Made by a program: the position numbers and the translations under genes. A DNA stretch of 61,504 nucleotides, counting the filler. It is 10 parts of 10 records of this genome, joined end to end, with 100 filler letters (N's around TTAATTAATTAA, not from the genome) between each part and the next. Parts side by side here need not be neighbours in the genome. Positions count along the whole stretch, not along the records: positions 44,850 to 57,882 come from SRR15195285_7366; positions 57,983 to 61,504 come from SRR15195285_7368; 8 more parts are not named here. One strand, written 5' to 3'. Below are positions 46,003 to 58,190 of the stretch, piece after piece (position 1 is the first letter of the stretch; each line of letters begins with the position of its first letter). The notes beneath the pieces are model-generated. The model worked only from the letters and a program-made list of their open reading frames with translations. It was not told where the DNA came from and did not search any database.

Positions 46003-47599
46003 CTACGGCTGACCCTCGCCAGCCTCTGCTGCGGCTGATCCATCGCTGACGCACGGCGCGCGGCTAGGTGCAACATCTCGTCCTCCCGAGGATGATGTGG
46101 GGACTTGCTTTTTCGGAAGGCGGATCAATAAAAGCGATTGTCCTCACATTCGCTATTACACAATTGTGAAGCCTCTCACAGCACCAGCGACTCTTACGTC
46201 CACATGTGGTGCGCCTCGATATGCATGCCGCAGAAGAATTCCGTGCTTCCACATGCGACAGCAGCCCCCGGGGAGAGAAGCGTCACGACCAGCAGTATCC
46301 ACTTCATCAACGGCACGAGAAAGTTCGTGCAGCACGGTTTCTTTCGGTGTTCTGCGTCATCCACGTTCTCCAGTCTCACTGCTTTTCCTAGAGCCGCGTG
46401 CTTCTCGCCAGGGGACAACGTGTTCCACTCCTTGAACCAGTGCGCCGGCATCACGCAGAATTCTCCGTGGGATTTGTGGTGGGCTGGGTCACGGTACTTC
46501 ATATTGTGCGTGTGGTGGATCCCATCCATCAGCACCAAGTGCACGCCCGTGATCATGCGTGCATGCCAGAACTCCCCCGACAGCCAAGCCAATATCACAG
46601 AGCAGAACTGCGCCACAGGCACCATCATGTACCCCTCAACACCATCCGTACTGACTTTTTGCTTAAAGTCGTCACAGAACAGCACATACATCTGCCAGCA
46701 CACATAGTTGAGCTTGATCATGACGCCAGCATCCTGGCCCCAAAAGAGCAGCTCACCCTCCGGTCCTAGAGTGTTTTGGGCACCATAGAAAAAGTGACCG
46801 GCCTCCGCCCGCTCTATGACCAGACTGATGAACATTGCCGACGCCATCGCGGCAGTGAACCAGTGCATCCCGTCCAGCGCGTCCACTAATGTCCGCTCGT
46901 CCTTACGGCCCTCGTTGACGCAGAACGCCACGTACCACCCGAACTGCAGCATCAGGAAGATGATGGAAGCATAATTGGTGATAGCGTTCAGCCATGTCGT
47001 GTCTGACACGATGGCGATCTTCGCGAGCACTGCGAAGGCGTTGAACAAAGTGTCCAGGTAGATCAGCCTCTGCTGGAACGGCAGCGTATGCTCCTGCCAG
47101 CCCATGCGGATGGCGAAGACGGGCAGTACGACGGTGAACAACGCCTCCATCCAGATGTGCTTCCGGCACAGCTCGACCGCTCCCCACAGGTAGATCATCA
47201 CCATGAAGACCAAGATGAAGAGCTGCACCCAGCACCCGACGAAGTACCGTCAGCCCGGGCAAAGAACCCAGGGAGGCTGGAAGGGAGAAGAGCGGGGAAA
47301 GAATGCAACGCAGGAGAAGAACGGCCGCCTCCTCGGTTGGTAGCTAAGCTCGCGTTCCATCCATCTTCAAATGAATCTGGAGATGACAGGGCACGCATGG
47401 GAACACGCACCGACGAGAAAAACTCGGACACCGTCGCCACCGTACCCTCCAGCCCATCCGGCCGCGTCCCGGGGCTGACCCCCCGACTCTCCTCATCGCT
47501 CGACTCGATCAAGTCCTCCTCCGAGTCCGAGTCGAAGCCTAGGGACGAGTTGTTATACCGACCGCCCGTCCGCCCGACCGCCACCATCTCGCGGCTCAT
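46003..47599 (-). CDS. Uncharacterised multi-pass membrane protein (about 8 hydrophobic segments), probably 3 exons
   Basis: 344-aa hydrophobic ORF 46194-47228. Upstream acidic exon joined through a GTGCGT..CAG intron (47223-47410). Probable short last exon ending at TAG 46003-46005. Confidence 0.6.
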
Positions 47600-47717
47600 C
47601 GCTCACAGCAGCAACCGAGCGGCAGAGAGAGCGCGAGCCAACAGCTGAGCCAATCGCCCACCGCGACGCGCCAAATGGCAGCGCGCCCAGCGTCTCAACA
47701 CCGCCTTCTCGCTGCAG

Positions 47718-47746
47718 GCGAGAGCGAGAGCGAGAGCGAGAGCGAG
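47718..47746. repeat. (GCGAGA)n microsatellite
   Basis: About 4.5 hexamer units upstream of the membrane-protein gene. Confidence 0.85.
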
Positions 47747-48455
47747 AAACAACACCTCCAGCAGCCCTCCAGCCAGCCCTCCAGCGCCGCCTGCGCAAGG
47801 GGCGGCAGGCCGCGCTGGAGAGCGCCAAAGTGGCAAACGCAGCTGCAGTGGCGCCAGCGGACCGAGCTGCCAAACAGCAGCGATCCGCCGCCGTCTGATA
47901 TCTCAAATCGGCGTTGGCTCCTTATTCTCTCCGTGATTTTCCACTGGGAGAACAGTACGAAAAACCACCGATTTTGTCAATGCGACGCTGAACTTTGGTG
48001 ACTGTGAATTTCGCGCCGGGGATGCGAGGAGGAATGCCGTGCAACACCGGAAAATAGTGTGAAAGAGTTGGCGGAGTGTGTCGAACGCGCGAGAACGCCA
48101 ATGATCCAACGACCAGAATCGACTCCCGCCGCGGGCTCGAGTTCTGGGTATCATTTGAGACATTTCCGGCGCTTGGGATAGAAAATCGAAATCGCCCGGT
48201 TGACGGCCTCGAGCGCGCGCCATCGAGATACTCGCGCGACCGCGGCGCTCCGCGGACCGCGCGTATCGCGTACTGTACCCACACGAGTGTACCGCGACGG
48301 GCGACGCGGCTCCGGCGTGTACACGCCGATCCGCGTCGGCTGCTTCGTCGGGGCGGCGCCTCACACTCCTAGGAATCCTAGTCCTACGCATCCGTCGGCC
48401 GTCGCGCGCTCGAGCGCCTCGGAGGCGCCCGCGTCGCGGTGTGCGCTGGCGGGCG

Positions 48456-51400
48456 ATGCTACGCACTGCTGCGGCCACCCTCTGCACGGTCGTCGGCACC
48501 GCACACGGCGTCGGCCCGCACAACTGCGGTGCTGCCATCGACCCGACCGGGGTAAGCCGGCGTGTAGATCCTGTCCTGATCCCTATGCGTGTACTGTAAA
48601 ATACTCATCTGCATGCTGCCTCCCTGTGCCCTCCAGGCGAACGGTATCCCGGCGGACGCCCGGCCGACCGATTGCGCGTGGCGTGGCGTGGCTGTCGACT
48701 ACGCCACCAAGGTCGCAGGCGCTCAGGTCGGGTGCGAGATGCTGCACAAACCGGCTCGATTTTGCCGTCATCTCCAGCTAACACGGCCTCGATCCCTTGC
48801 ATCGTTGCGCAGGCCGGATGTGCACGATGCCCTCGAGATTGGGAGACTGTGCCCGGACGGCGCCAGGCGGCCGGCGGAGGTCGCGAAGGCACACATGCTG
48901 CCGGGCCAGCGCGGCGCGTGGCTCAACGCGGAGATCGTGCTGCACGTCAGCTCAACCGCGAGCGGTGGCGGCGACGGCACTGAGGCTAAGCCGCTGACGC
49001 TCATGGAGGCCCGCGATGCCGTGCGCTCTATCGAGCGCGCGAGCCGCCCCGCTACCACCGTTTTGCTAGATGGGGGCGAGCACTTCCTGGGCGGCGCCAC
49101 GCTCGAGCTCACCGAACTCGACGGCGGAAGAGCCGGTGCGCCAGTCGTGTGGGCAGCCGCTCCCGGCGAGGAGCCGGTCATCTCGGGAGCCAGCCGCCTC
49201 GACCTTAGCTGGTCAAAGTGGACGGGCGAGGGTGCCGCACCAGGGGTCTTTGTGGCCGATCTGCCGCCCGACGCGCCCGATTTCAAGAGCATGTACGTCG
49301 ACGGCAATCGCTACTGGCCGGCGCGCTGGCCGAACGGCGATCCGCGTTACAATCTATTCCCGGACAGCTGTAAGCAATCGCTCCCTCGCATGCCCACCAA
49401 GGCTCAGGTTTCGCTGACCGGTCTCTGGAACCTGACGCCTTGTCCGCCCCACCTCCACCACCGCGCAGATTCCACCAATTGCACCTGGGGAAATGACATG
49501 AGCGAGGCAGACGGCCTGTCGTTCAACGGTGGCAAGCTCACAGACCTCTGCCCCGACGCGGACAGCGTCGAGAAGGGCGTTGCTTGCCATCGCAACAACA
49601 CGCAATTCCCGGATTCTCCGTGGTACAAGGGAGGCTGGACTTGCCGTTTCGAGCCGTGTGAGGGATGCGCTGACTACGGCGATCACTATCAGTGCATACA
49701 CGGGCAGATGAGCTCGAGTGCCTTCAACAAGACGTGGGCGCATCCAGAGGTCGCTGCGATTGACGTCCTCCACGACGGCGCTTGGGGTGTGAATCTAAAG
49801 CAGTTGTGTCTGATGTTCTGAGAATACAGTAGTCTGACATTTTCCTGCAATAGGTGGCTGGGGATACAACGTCGGCTCAAAATTAGGCAATGAGCTTACT
49901 TTCAGGAATGGTGGCTTCCAAGAGCAGACGGGCTTTGGTGGTGCTGGTCCGTGTTCGTATGACAAGCCACGCAACCAGACATGCCGCGGATTCTTCGTCG
50001 AGATGGTGAGGGCTTTACCGGGCGCTAGATGTTGCGTGTGGCGCTGAATCATCACGACGACAGCTGAACACTTTTGACATGTTCAGGTGCTTGAAGAGCT
50101 GGATAACGGCGGCGAATTCTTTACAGCGGCGGGAAAGGTATACATAAAACCAAATGTAACCGGCGACGCGTGGCAGAAGCAGGTGGTGGTGGGCGTCTCT
50201 GAGCGGCTGGTCTCACTCATTGGAACTCAAGAAAAGCCGGTGGCTCACCTTCATTTCAACGGCATCACCTTTACACAGAGCCTACCGACCTTCCTGGGTG
50301 GCTCTACCGCTAATCGCTCGATGGCCCCGGGGACAGGAGACTGGTCCATTTTCAAGTCCGGTGCCATGTATCTGTCAGGAACAGAGCACATCGAAGTCGC
50401 GAACTGCACATTCCGAGAGATCGGTGGCAACGGTGTGTTCATGTATGGCTACAACCGCTGGAACACCATCGCCCAATCGGAGTTTGTGTGGTTGGGTGAC
50501 TCTGCGGTCGCTTTGGTCGGGGTTGGTGATGATGGCCTCGCCAGCGTGTCTGGTCTCGATGGGAATTTTCCGTCGGACAACACGATCACGCGGAACCATA
50601 TTCATGAGAACGGTGTGCTGACTAAGCAGAGTAGCCCTTACTTCCAAACGGTAGCGTGCCACAACAACATCACATATAATGTCATGTACAACGGTCCAAG
50701 AGCTGGCATCAACTTTGTGCGCCAGTCAACTCAATCTTGCGCGAGCGGTAGTGACGCTGGCTCTAACCGCGAGTTGTCTTGCTCAGAACGACGGGTTCGG
50801 TGGCGGCGATCTCATGCTCGGCAACATCATCTTCAATATGGTTCGCGAAACAAAGTGAGTGTCAACATGCTAGATGCACTTTGCGCAAATAGGTACTAAC
50901 TCTTTGGGTGGTGTTTTTCACAGTGACCACGGGCCACTCAATACCTGCAAGTCAACCACTCACCACGATAGGCGCATCTGTCCTCTCTATCTTCACAGAG
51001 GTGCCACATACGTCGTCGGGAGGACCTTATCGGTTTGTTGTGTTTGCAGGGGATCGTGGTCCTTACATCACACTCCGTGGGAGCACGCCAGGCAAGCCGA
51101 GCCTGACACCTGCATGGAGGATTATTGAGCGCAATTTCCTCGTGAACGGTGCGGAACAAGGCCACTTGCCCCAACTTTCTTATGAAATAAGATCATTTGC
51201 CACGGCAAGCGCGAGACAAAACATCAGGAATATTCCAAACCGTTTTTCTTAGGAGGGAACTGGCCACTAGATCACGACGACGGCAGCCGCTACATCATCG
51301 ACCGCTACAATGTCGTGGTGTACGGTGGTACCAAGAACTACCACGGCTACGAGAAGCAGTACTACGGCAACTTGTTCATCCGTCCAGATATCGGCTGTGG

Positions 51401-51968
51401 TGAAGTCCAGTGCGCAGTAAACGACGCTTCCGGGGTGACTGCGCCAAAGTCCCTGAACGAGAATTGGTTCAATAACACGTGCATCACAGCTGGCACACCT
51501 TACAGCGGACAATGCGACAAGCCAGACCCAACTTCTTCCACGTCGATACAGTACGCCAACAACACGTTCCTGACGCCATCGGGTGATCCTGCCAAGCTGA
51601 TGGTCAGCTGTACAGGACTCGCACCATCGCCACCAGGCCCACCACACTGCGCTACCCGCACCAAATTGGGATGCACTCCAGCCTGGCACTGTGATACATG
51701 CAAGATAAATGCACAAAACCCGACAGACTGCTTGACTTGCGATGCGGGATACACTTTCAAGAAGGAGTACTCGGACTGTACAGGTACGTGCACGAAGCAC
51801 ACCAAGGCCGAGGCTTTCGCTGCAGCGGTGCAGGTGGATCTCGAAGTGGCAGAGGTGAGCTTCTCGAAGTGGCAATCTCTGGGATGGGACAAAGGGAGCA
51901 TGGTAGGAAAGATGCCGACACCTGCCACGATCACGACGATGATGCGTGGAATGCTGCACCTTGCGTAA
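48456..51968 (+). CDS. Secreted GH141-like right-handed beta-helix protein, about 10 exons
   Basis: Signal peptide MLRTAAATLCTVV; ARWPNGDP, GGFQE, VLEELDNGGEF, NGPRAGINFNDGFGGG, ETNDHGPLNTWDR and WPLDHDDGSRY after removing nine introns (one is GC-AG, 50947-51049). Confidence 0.85.
51149..51252 (+). mobile_element. Introner-like spliceosomal intron (104 nt)
   Basis: GTGCG...TAG intron. Its removal restores NGGNWPLDHDDG. The core is similar to intron 12905-13004. Confidence 0.6.
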
Positions 51969-52153
51969 ATGAGCGAGTAGCTAGCGTGTGCTAGCAACCA
52001 AGAAAGTCCAATTGGTCTCACGTGGATGGTGCAAGTATACGCCACAGCAGTGCTGCTGTACTCGTTTGTTCACGATGGAATTATCCATCGTCGCCAGCAC
52101 CTTGTCCTGCTACAGTGAGAAATGGTTTCGTTCGATCGCTAGAGCCTTAGACC

Positions 52154-53330
52154 TCACAGCTCACGTTGGTGCACGTGTTGCTGGCCACGCGAGCTCGTCT
52201 GATTACCTGCGTCGGTCAGGACGTGGCTCCGCATAATCGAGCTCGCACCGCGGTCGGCTGTGCCAAGCTCCCGAAAATCGCCGCCCTTGTGGATCAGCGA
52301 GAGGCTTACCAGGTAATCAACCAGGTCCGGGTCGATGGCCTGCTCCTCCAATGATATCGATGGCAAGGTGGCAGCCACGTATTGTAGCATCGGGGTGCCT
52401 TTGTCTATCTGAATGTACTTTGCTGAAGGAGCAACTGTGGCAAAATCGAGCTGCAGTGGTATGTTTGCGCTCTGACTCACTCGCACGAAGCTTGAAAGCA
52501 CCGCTTGCTCAATTCGCCACCTAGATCCACCATCAAATTGCTGGGAAGAGTTTCTACCTAGGCGATGTGGTAGCGGTTGAACGAGCCACTTGTACCCAAG
52601 AGACCCTCCTTTGTCTTGAGGCTTGGCGCCAGGAGAATCTTGAAGAGCTCGGTCATCGATATAAACTCCACTGTTGATGATCCAAACGTGTGCACGCGTA
52701 TCGCCAATCGTGAATATATGAAGGTGACTTTGCGGCAGCCTGAACCACGGGCTGTCTGAGATGGGCACGTCGATCCGGTGCACATGTTGGCCTGCCGATT
52801 TGCCCACTGGCGACTCGATCCAGTCACATTCCACCTCAATATTACCATCGCGAAAAAACCTAGCTGTGTATGGCATGCGAATCGTTACAGCGTGGATACT
52901 AGATCGACCACGCATTGCAGGGCAGTCTGCATGAGTCTTCCCCTTTGGTTCTGCCAGCAGCACATTGGTGTTCAGGGTCAGGTGCTGCACCACAACCGAG
53001 GATGGACGAACCAACCGGATGCGTACCAGCGCTGCCAAGGGTGTGAGGTGGGCGATCGCGGAAATGGTGATGTTCAATCCCAACCTGTGGGTCTGGAATT
53101 CCGGCGTGAGCCTTGGCGTATCCCAGCGCTAGCGAACGTGGCGTTACAAAGTGCTGCTCGGCCATGAGTTTTACGCACGCCCGGCAGCCGCGGCCGTCCA
53201 CGAGGCAGCTCTCAGCACACCTGGTGGCGTCGCTACGTGGTGCCTGTTGTTGGCCGGTGCTGTGACTGCATGTCGCTGTGGTAAGCAGCACAGTGGTCAC
53301 GGTGAAGCCTACCCGCCACGCACACCACAT
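52154..53330 (-). CDS. Hypothetical protein with signal peptide and a possible dUTPase-like beta-clip domain; 3' end uncertain
   Basis: ATG at 53330. A GT-AG intron near 52985-53085 joins IPDPQ to HLTLNT. Motifs CPAM..VTIRMPY..WLVQPLP..ANIPLQ..IDKGTPMLQYV. Confidence 0.55.
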
Positions 53331-53614
53331 CGCACTGGACGCTGCCGCCCAACCTCGCCGTGTACAGTGTACGTACTCAGACGGATCTCAGAGTACGTAC
53401 CGCGGCGCCGCCGCGGCCACCGACCGCGCGCGCCGCCGCGGCCTCTCGCCGCCGTCCACGCGCGCGTCCACGAGCTACCCCATCTAATGAATATCGTATC
53501 AATGCCGTGCGCGTACAGCACACATACACCGCGGGCGCGGCCCGGGCACGCGCAGCGCCGAGTTGGGTGACGGTGGGCCAGCTGCGTGCAATACAGTAGG
53601 GCCACCAGCCGGGG

Positions 53615-56501
53615 ATGCCGCGCGTGACGGCACGGGCCGCTCAGCATGCCGCCGGCACGATGCTGCGGAGGCAGCCGCTGCGTCACACCCATCGACGTCA
53701 CACCCATCAGCAGCTGCCCGACGCGGCAGAGGGGGCGCCGGAGGGGACTGAGCAGCGCCGCGCGCGGTTCGCCGAGGCCATGCGCCTATCGAGGGCTCCA
53801 GCTCCAGCACCGGCGGTTGAAGACACGCGAGCAGCAGGCCCCATCCATGAGCGACGTGGCAAGCTGCGGCGCGGTGGCATGTGGTGGTCGGAGGAGGAGC
53901 TGATGCAGCACTCTGCCGCCGCGGTCAAGCACCGCACTGAAGAAGAGGCGCAGGCGGTGCAGGAGCGCTACAGGTCGATGATGGCGTTGAGCCGAGCTCC
54001 TCCACCACAGCCACGGGAGCAGATGGTGAGCAAGCCGGATGGTTTTGGGTTCAATGCTGTCATGGGTGAGCTCGACCAGCTGACCGGCAAGCAAACACGA
54101 TACCCGCTGTTTGAGCGGCAGGTTCACGAAGCAACGCGAGCAGTGAAACCGCCGCCGCCCACAGGGCCACGGCTCGACGACGATGGTGGGCTGGATTTGA
54201 GCCTGCAAGACGCCGACGGGTATGACGGAGTGGCATTTGCGCCGCAGCGGCGCGACTACTGGCCGGCGGCTGAGTTGCGGATGCTCCGGCAGGCGCGCGC
54301 TGAGCTGGCGAGCGACCCTTTACACTTTGCGCCAAGCGACACTGGCGCAGATCAGGCAGCAGCAGAGTGGGACGCCGTCAGTGGCTGGCTAGCGATGCAA
54401 GGCTATAACCGGAGCGGGGTGGAATGCGCCGCGGCCAGCGCTGCAGACGATGCCGCCACAAATGGTGCGGGAGGTGAGCAGGACGTCGATGAAGATAAAC
54501 CAAGCCCTGCAGAGCAGAAGGCAGCGGAACAGGCAGCACTCCTGAAACGACACAGCCAGGAGACTCTCAATCTAGTCAAAGATGCAGGTGGGAAGCTAAC
54601 ACCGATCCTGTCAGAGAGTGATTCCGCCTTGGCATCACAGCTCCGTGCCGAGGCAGCTGCTGCTGTTGCCGACATGATGGAGCTGGTCAAGGCCTCAGCT
54701 CAGCGCTGCAGGCCAGGGGCCAACGCCTTGGCGACTAGGGTGGAAGCTGCTGCAGCTCGGATCATCAGTCGGAGTGGTCTGTTGGAGCGGGAGCGGGAGG
54801 CGCGCATTCTGCTGCTCGCAGCACTGGCTTCCGAACACTTGCTGATATTCGGCCCCAGTGGCACGGGCAAGACAACACTGTGTAGAGAGATGGCTTCCCT
54901 GTTCGTCAGCCCGTCGGACCCTGTGCCGCGATTATTTGAGCGGCTGGTAACACGATTCACCGTGCCAGAGGAGGTGCTCGGGCCTCTGTCCCTCTCAGCA
55001 CTGCGGGACGACACACACTCGCGTCTGTCAGATGGCTACCTTGGCACCGCTAGCATGGCGTTCTTGGACGAAATCTTCAAGGCGAGCTCCTCGTTACTCA
55101 ACTGCCTCCTAGAAATTTTGGCCGACCGACGCATCAGCGAGGGTCCAGGCCAGGCGGCGCATGCCCCATTGGTGTGCATGGTGGGTGCAGCCAGCACACT
55201 GCCTGACGAGGCACTTCCCGGTGGCGAGCTGGCGGCTTTGTTCGATCGGTTTCTCTTGCGCGTTACTCTCCGTCCGCTCACAATATCGGGGAGACTCGAA
55301 GCGATCGCTGATGCTGGTAAAGAGGACGATCGAATCACAGAGATGCTGCAACACGAAACGCACGCAGCTTTTACTGTGTCAGAGGCGGCTCAACTTCGGC
55401 AACAGTCACGCACGGTGGAGCTTCCAACTGAGGTGTTGGCTTTAGTGGAGGACATTGCAGAAACCGAAGCTTCTCTCGCAGCCAGCTGCGCCACCAGTGT
55501 GGGACCGGGGGAGCCAGCTCCAGGTACGGGCTATGTGTCGGATCGACGGCTAGTGGCATGCTCTGCTCTGCTGCGGCTGGTTGCGCATACCGCTGGGCGG
55601 TCCGCCGTCCACGCGATCGACTGTGTGCTGTTGAGACATTGCCTCCCACAACATGACGCCGCTCATCCCGACTCGGCTGACAGGGTGACAGAGACTGTGG
55701 TCGCAGCATGTGCGGTGCCCACATCAGCTGCTGAGGCCGTGCGATCAGGTGTGGCATTGCAACAGCAGCTCCTGGCGCATCTGGCCAATGCACCGAGCCA
55801 CCATCCAGCCCACGGGAGCTCCCGCGACTGGCGGACGAGACCTGCGGGCGTTCTAGCAGCGGCGGTGGGCGCTCCACCCGATGGCGCCACGCCGTCTCAG
55901 ATGTCTCAGGTGCATGATGAGACTCTCTCAGATATGCACCAACAGCTCGGTACAACGGTTGAAAGTCTAGGTGGTATTGCAGCCGCGCTGCGCAGGTCTT
56001 GTGCGGATGCCCGCGTTGTCTTACTGTCTCACCCGTGGCTCTCACCTGCGGAGCGTTCCACGATCGCGCAGCAACTGGAAGTGGCGGTCGCTACGCACGA
56101 GTCAGCAGCAGCGGTCGTGCAGTTAGAGCTCGCTGCGTTAGACCGATGGCTTGCACGCACGCCGCGCGAGAGCCGTATGAAGCAGCTGCCGGCAGTACTC
56201 TCTCTCATGCCAGCTGCAACCGCCAGAGTGCTAGAGGACCTATTGTCGCCAACAAGCAGCGACGCGGAGCAGCGTTGTGGCCTGCGGCTAGTGCATCAGT
56301 GTGGCTTTCACGTGAGTGCTTGTACCTAGCTTTCAAAATTGTACCCTCCGTCGTGGCTGCCCATTTCCAATTAAACGCTGTTGCTTCCAGGCACACCTTG
56401 TGCAGGGGTCAGCACCAGCAGAGATTAAGACGTTCACTGACCCCAAGCAGCGCGGAGCCATCCAGCTGTGGGCTGATGCATCGGGCGGAGGCATTCCATG
56501 A
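53615..56501 (+). CDS. MoxR-family AAA+ ATPase of the RavA type with a long N-terminal extension containing a Myb/SANT-like motif
   Basis: LLLAALASEHLLIFGPSGTGKT, FERLVTRFTVPEEVLGPLSLSAL, GYL..AFLDEIFKASSSLLN, ALFDRFLLR, VSDRR. Intron 56312-56390 adds a last exon ending at 56501. The start could be 53615 or 53660. Confidence 0.88.
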
Positions 56502-56920
56502 GTGGGGAGAATCAGAACAAAGTCTCGTGATTTTGACACTTTGCAGAGCGTCAGTCAAGCTTACCTTGTCGTGTCAGTGTTGCCCAGCACGCGCATCTCG
56601 AGGGCCCTCCTGTAGGAATGGCCATTGATGGTAGTGCTCTCACGCATTCTGACTGTACAGTCCGTCGCTACGGTACACCCACCAGCAACAAACGTCGCGT
56701 TACGTAGCGGGTGAACTGCGGAAAACGCCACAAACCAATATAGTACGCCGTGTTTGCGGAGAGCGTGCGACAGACAGCATGAAATGTGGAACGGGCACTC
56801 GCCATTCTAAACGAGTTGTGCTCGGCGAGATCATGGAATGCTAGGCGCGAGGCGCGAGCCATACAATGCGTTTCTGGGTCACAGCCATTTTGGTATTCAA
56901 CACTTCGGCGTACGCAACAT

Positions 56921-57703
56921 TCACTTCGGCACGCCAATGTCTCTTCGCTCAATATCAATCCGTGATTCGTGAAGCCGCAAGACGAACCAGCAGCGTGGCA
57001 GCTTGAACCGACGTGGTCCTGTGCTCCCTGGGTTGAGGAGGACCAAATCTTCACCACTAGACGCGCTGGAACTACGGCTCACAGACCAAGTACCTTCATC
57101 AGGGTCGATCGGCAACGGCATCGCACCGGCTCCTCGCCGTGCCACAAGAGGTTTGTGCGAGTGTCCGAATAGCACAACATCTGCTCTCTCTTTGATGGCA
57201 CGCACTACTAGACCCTCGTCCATCACGCCATGTGCACTAATCTTCAGACCATCCAGGTGCCCATGCACAAGCAGCAACCGCCATCCGGCGAGGTGTACAA
57301 GTGTAGAGTAGGGCAGCTTCGCCATCAGGGCCTTTTCGGACGCGTCAACATTGCCAGCCACAGCAGTGACAGGTGTAGACGTACCGCCGAACTCTCGCAG
57401 CCGCTCCAGCACGGTAAGTCCTGACAGCCGAGATGCCCGGGCGTCACCGATATCTCCCATGTGCAGTACATGATCTACTGCACCCACATTGCGTAGCTGG
57501 GCAAGCAGCTGGTCGTCCAGTACACCGTGTGTATCCGCGATCGCCACGACCGTCGCCAGCGGCTTGGCTGCCGCATGCATTGCAGGTAGAGTCGAGGCCG
57601 GCGCTGCAGAGGCTGGACTCTTGTGGCGCTGACGTTTCGCTCGGGCATCAGTGGCTGGTTCGGATGCCGACGCTGTGCCAGCGCATCTGCGCTTGGAGCC
57701 CAT
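56921..57703 (-). CDS. YfcE/MJ0936-family calcineurin-like metallophosphoesterase; intronless
   Basis: All five metal motifs are present: IADTHG, HMGD, AGNVD, VHGH, GHSH. Also NPGSTGPRRFKLP. Confidence 0.9.
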   Translation of the reverse strand: MGSKRRCAGTASASEPATDARAKRQRHKSPASAAPASTLPAMHAAAKPLATVVAIADTHGVLDDQLLAQLRNVGAVDHVLHMGDIGDARASRLSGLTVLERLREFGGTSTPVTAVAGNVDASEKALMAKLPYSTLVHLAGWRLLLVHGHLDGLKISAHGVMDEGLVVRAIKERADVVLFGHSHKPLVARRGAGAMPLPIDPDEGTWSVSRSSSASSGEDLVLLNPGSTGPRRFKLPRCWFVLRLHESRIDIERRDIGVPK

Positions 57704-57882
57704 GTCCCAGTACGCACTCGCTGTACTCGCGCTGCGTGACTCACCCAGCAGCGCAACCTGTCGGTCCACTGCGTACACGGCACGGCGCCTTGCTTCGTTG
57801 GCGGCCCAGCAGGGCAAGTGCGTCGTCGCCGATCTTGCGTACAGCCTCGCTGGCGACTCGGGCGTAGGTGCAATATCTGTCC

Positions 57883-57982
57883 NNNNNNNNNNNNNNNNNN
57901 NNNNNNNNNNNNNNNNNNNNNNNNNNTTAATTAATTAANNNNNNNNNNNNNNNNNNNNNNNNNNNNNNNNNNNNNNNNNNNN
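57883..57982. other. Artificial contig spacer
   Basis: N44-TTAATTAATTAA-N44. Confidence 0.99.
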
Positions 57983-58012
57983 TCTGTGTCTGTGTGTGTG
58001 TGTGTGTGTGTG
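57983..58012. repeat. (TG)n microsatellite at contig start
   Basis: Run of TG dinucleotides, probably inside an intron. Confidence 0.9.
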
Positions 58013-58190
58013 GCTGTCCGTGTTGGCTTGCTCAGCTGTCTGTCCGCCTCTGTGCGCTGCTCTTGCTGCCGCTTGCCCTTCCTGCCTTGCTCCGTCGGGC
58101 TGTGGTGGCACTGGCAGCCCCGCGTGCTGGCTCCTGTATATAGTGGGGTCGCTGGATCGGCACGAGCGCTGAGCTTGGTGCTCGGAACAG

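Noticed and set aside
48456-57703. Bacterial contamination or an operon
   Set aside because: The genes have spliceosomal introns, lie on alternating strands and share a contig with an ET-domain chromatin gene.
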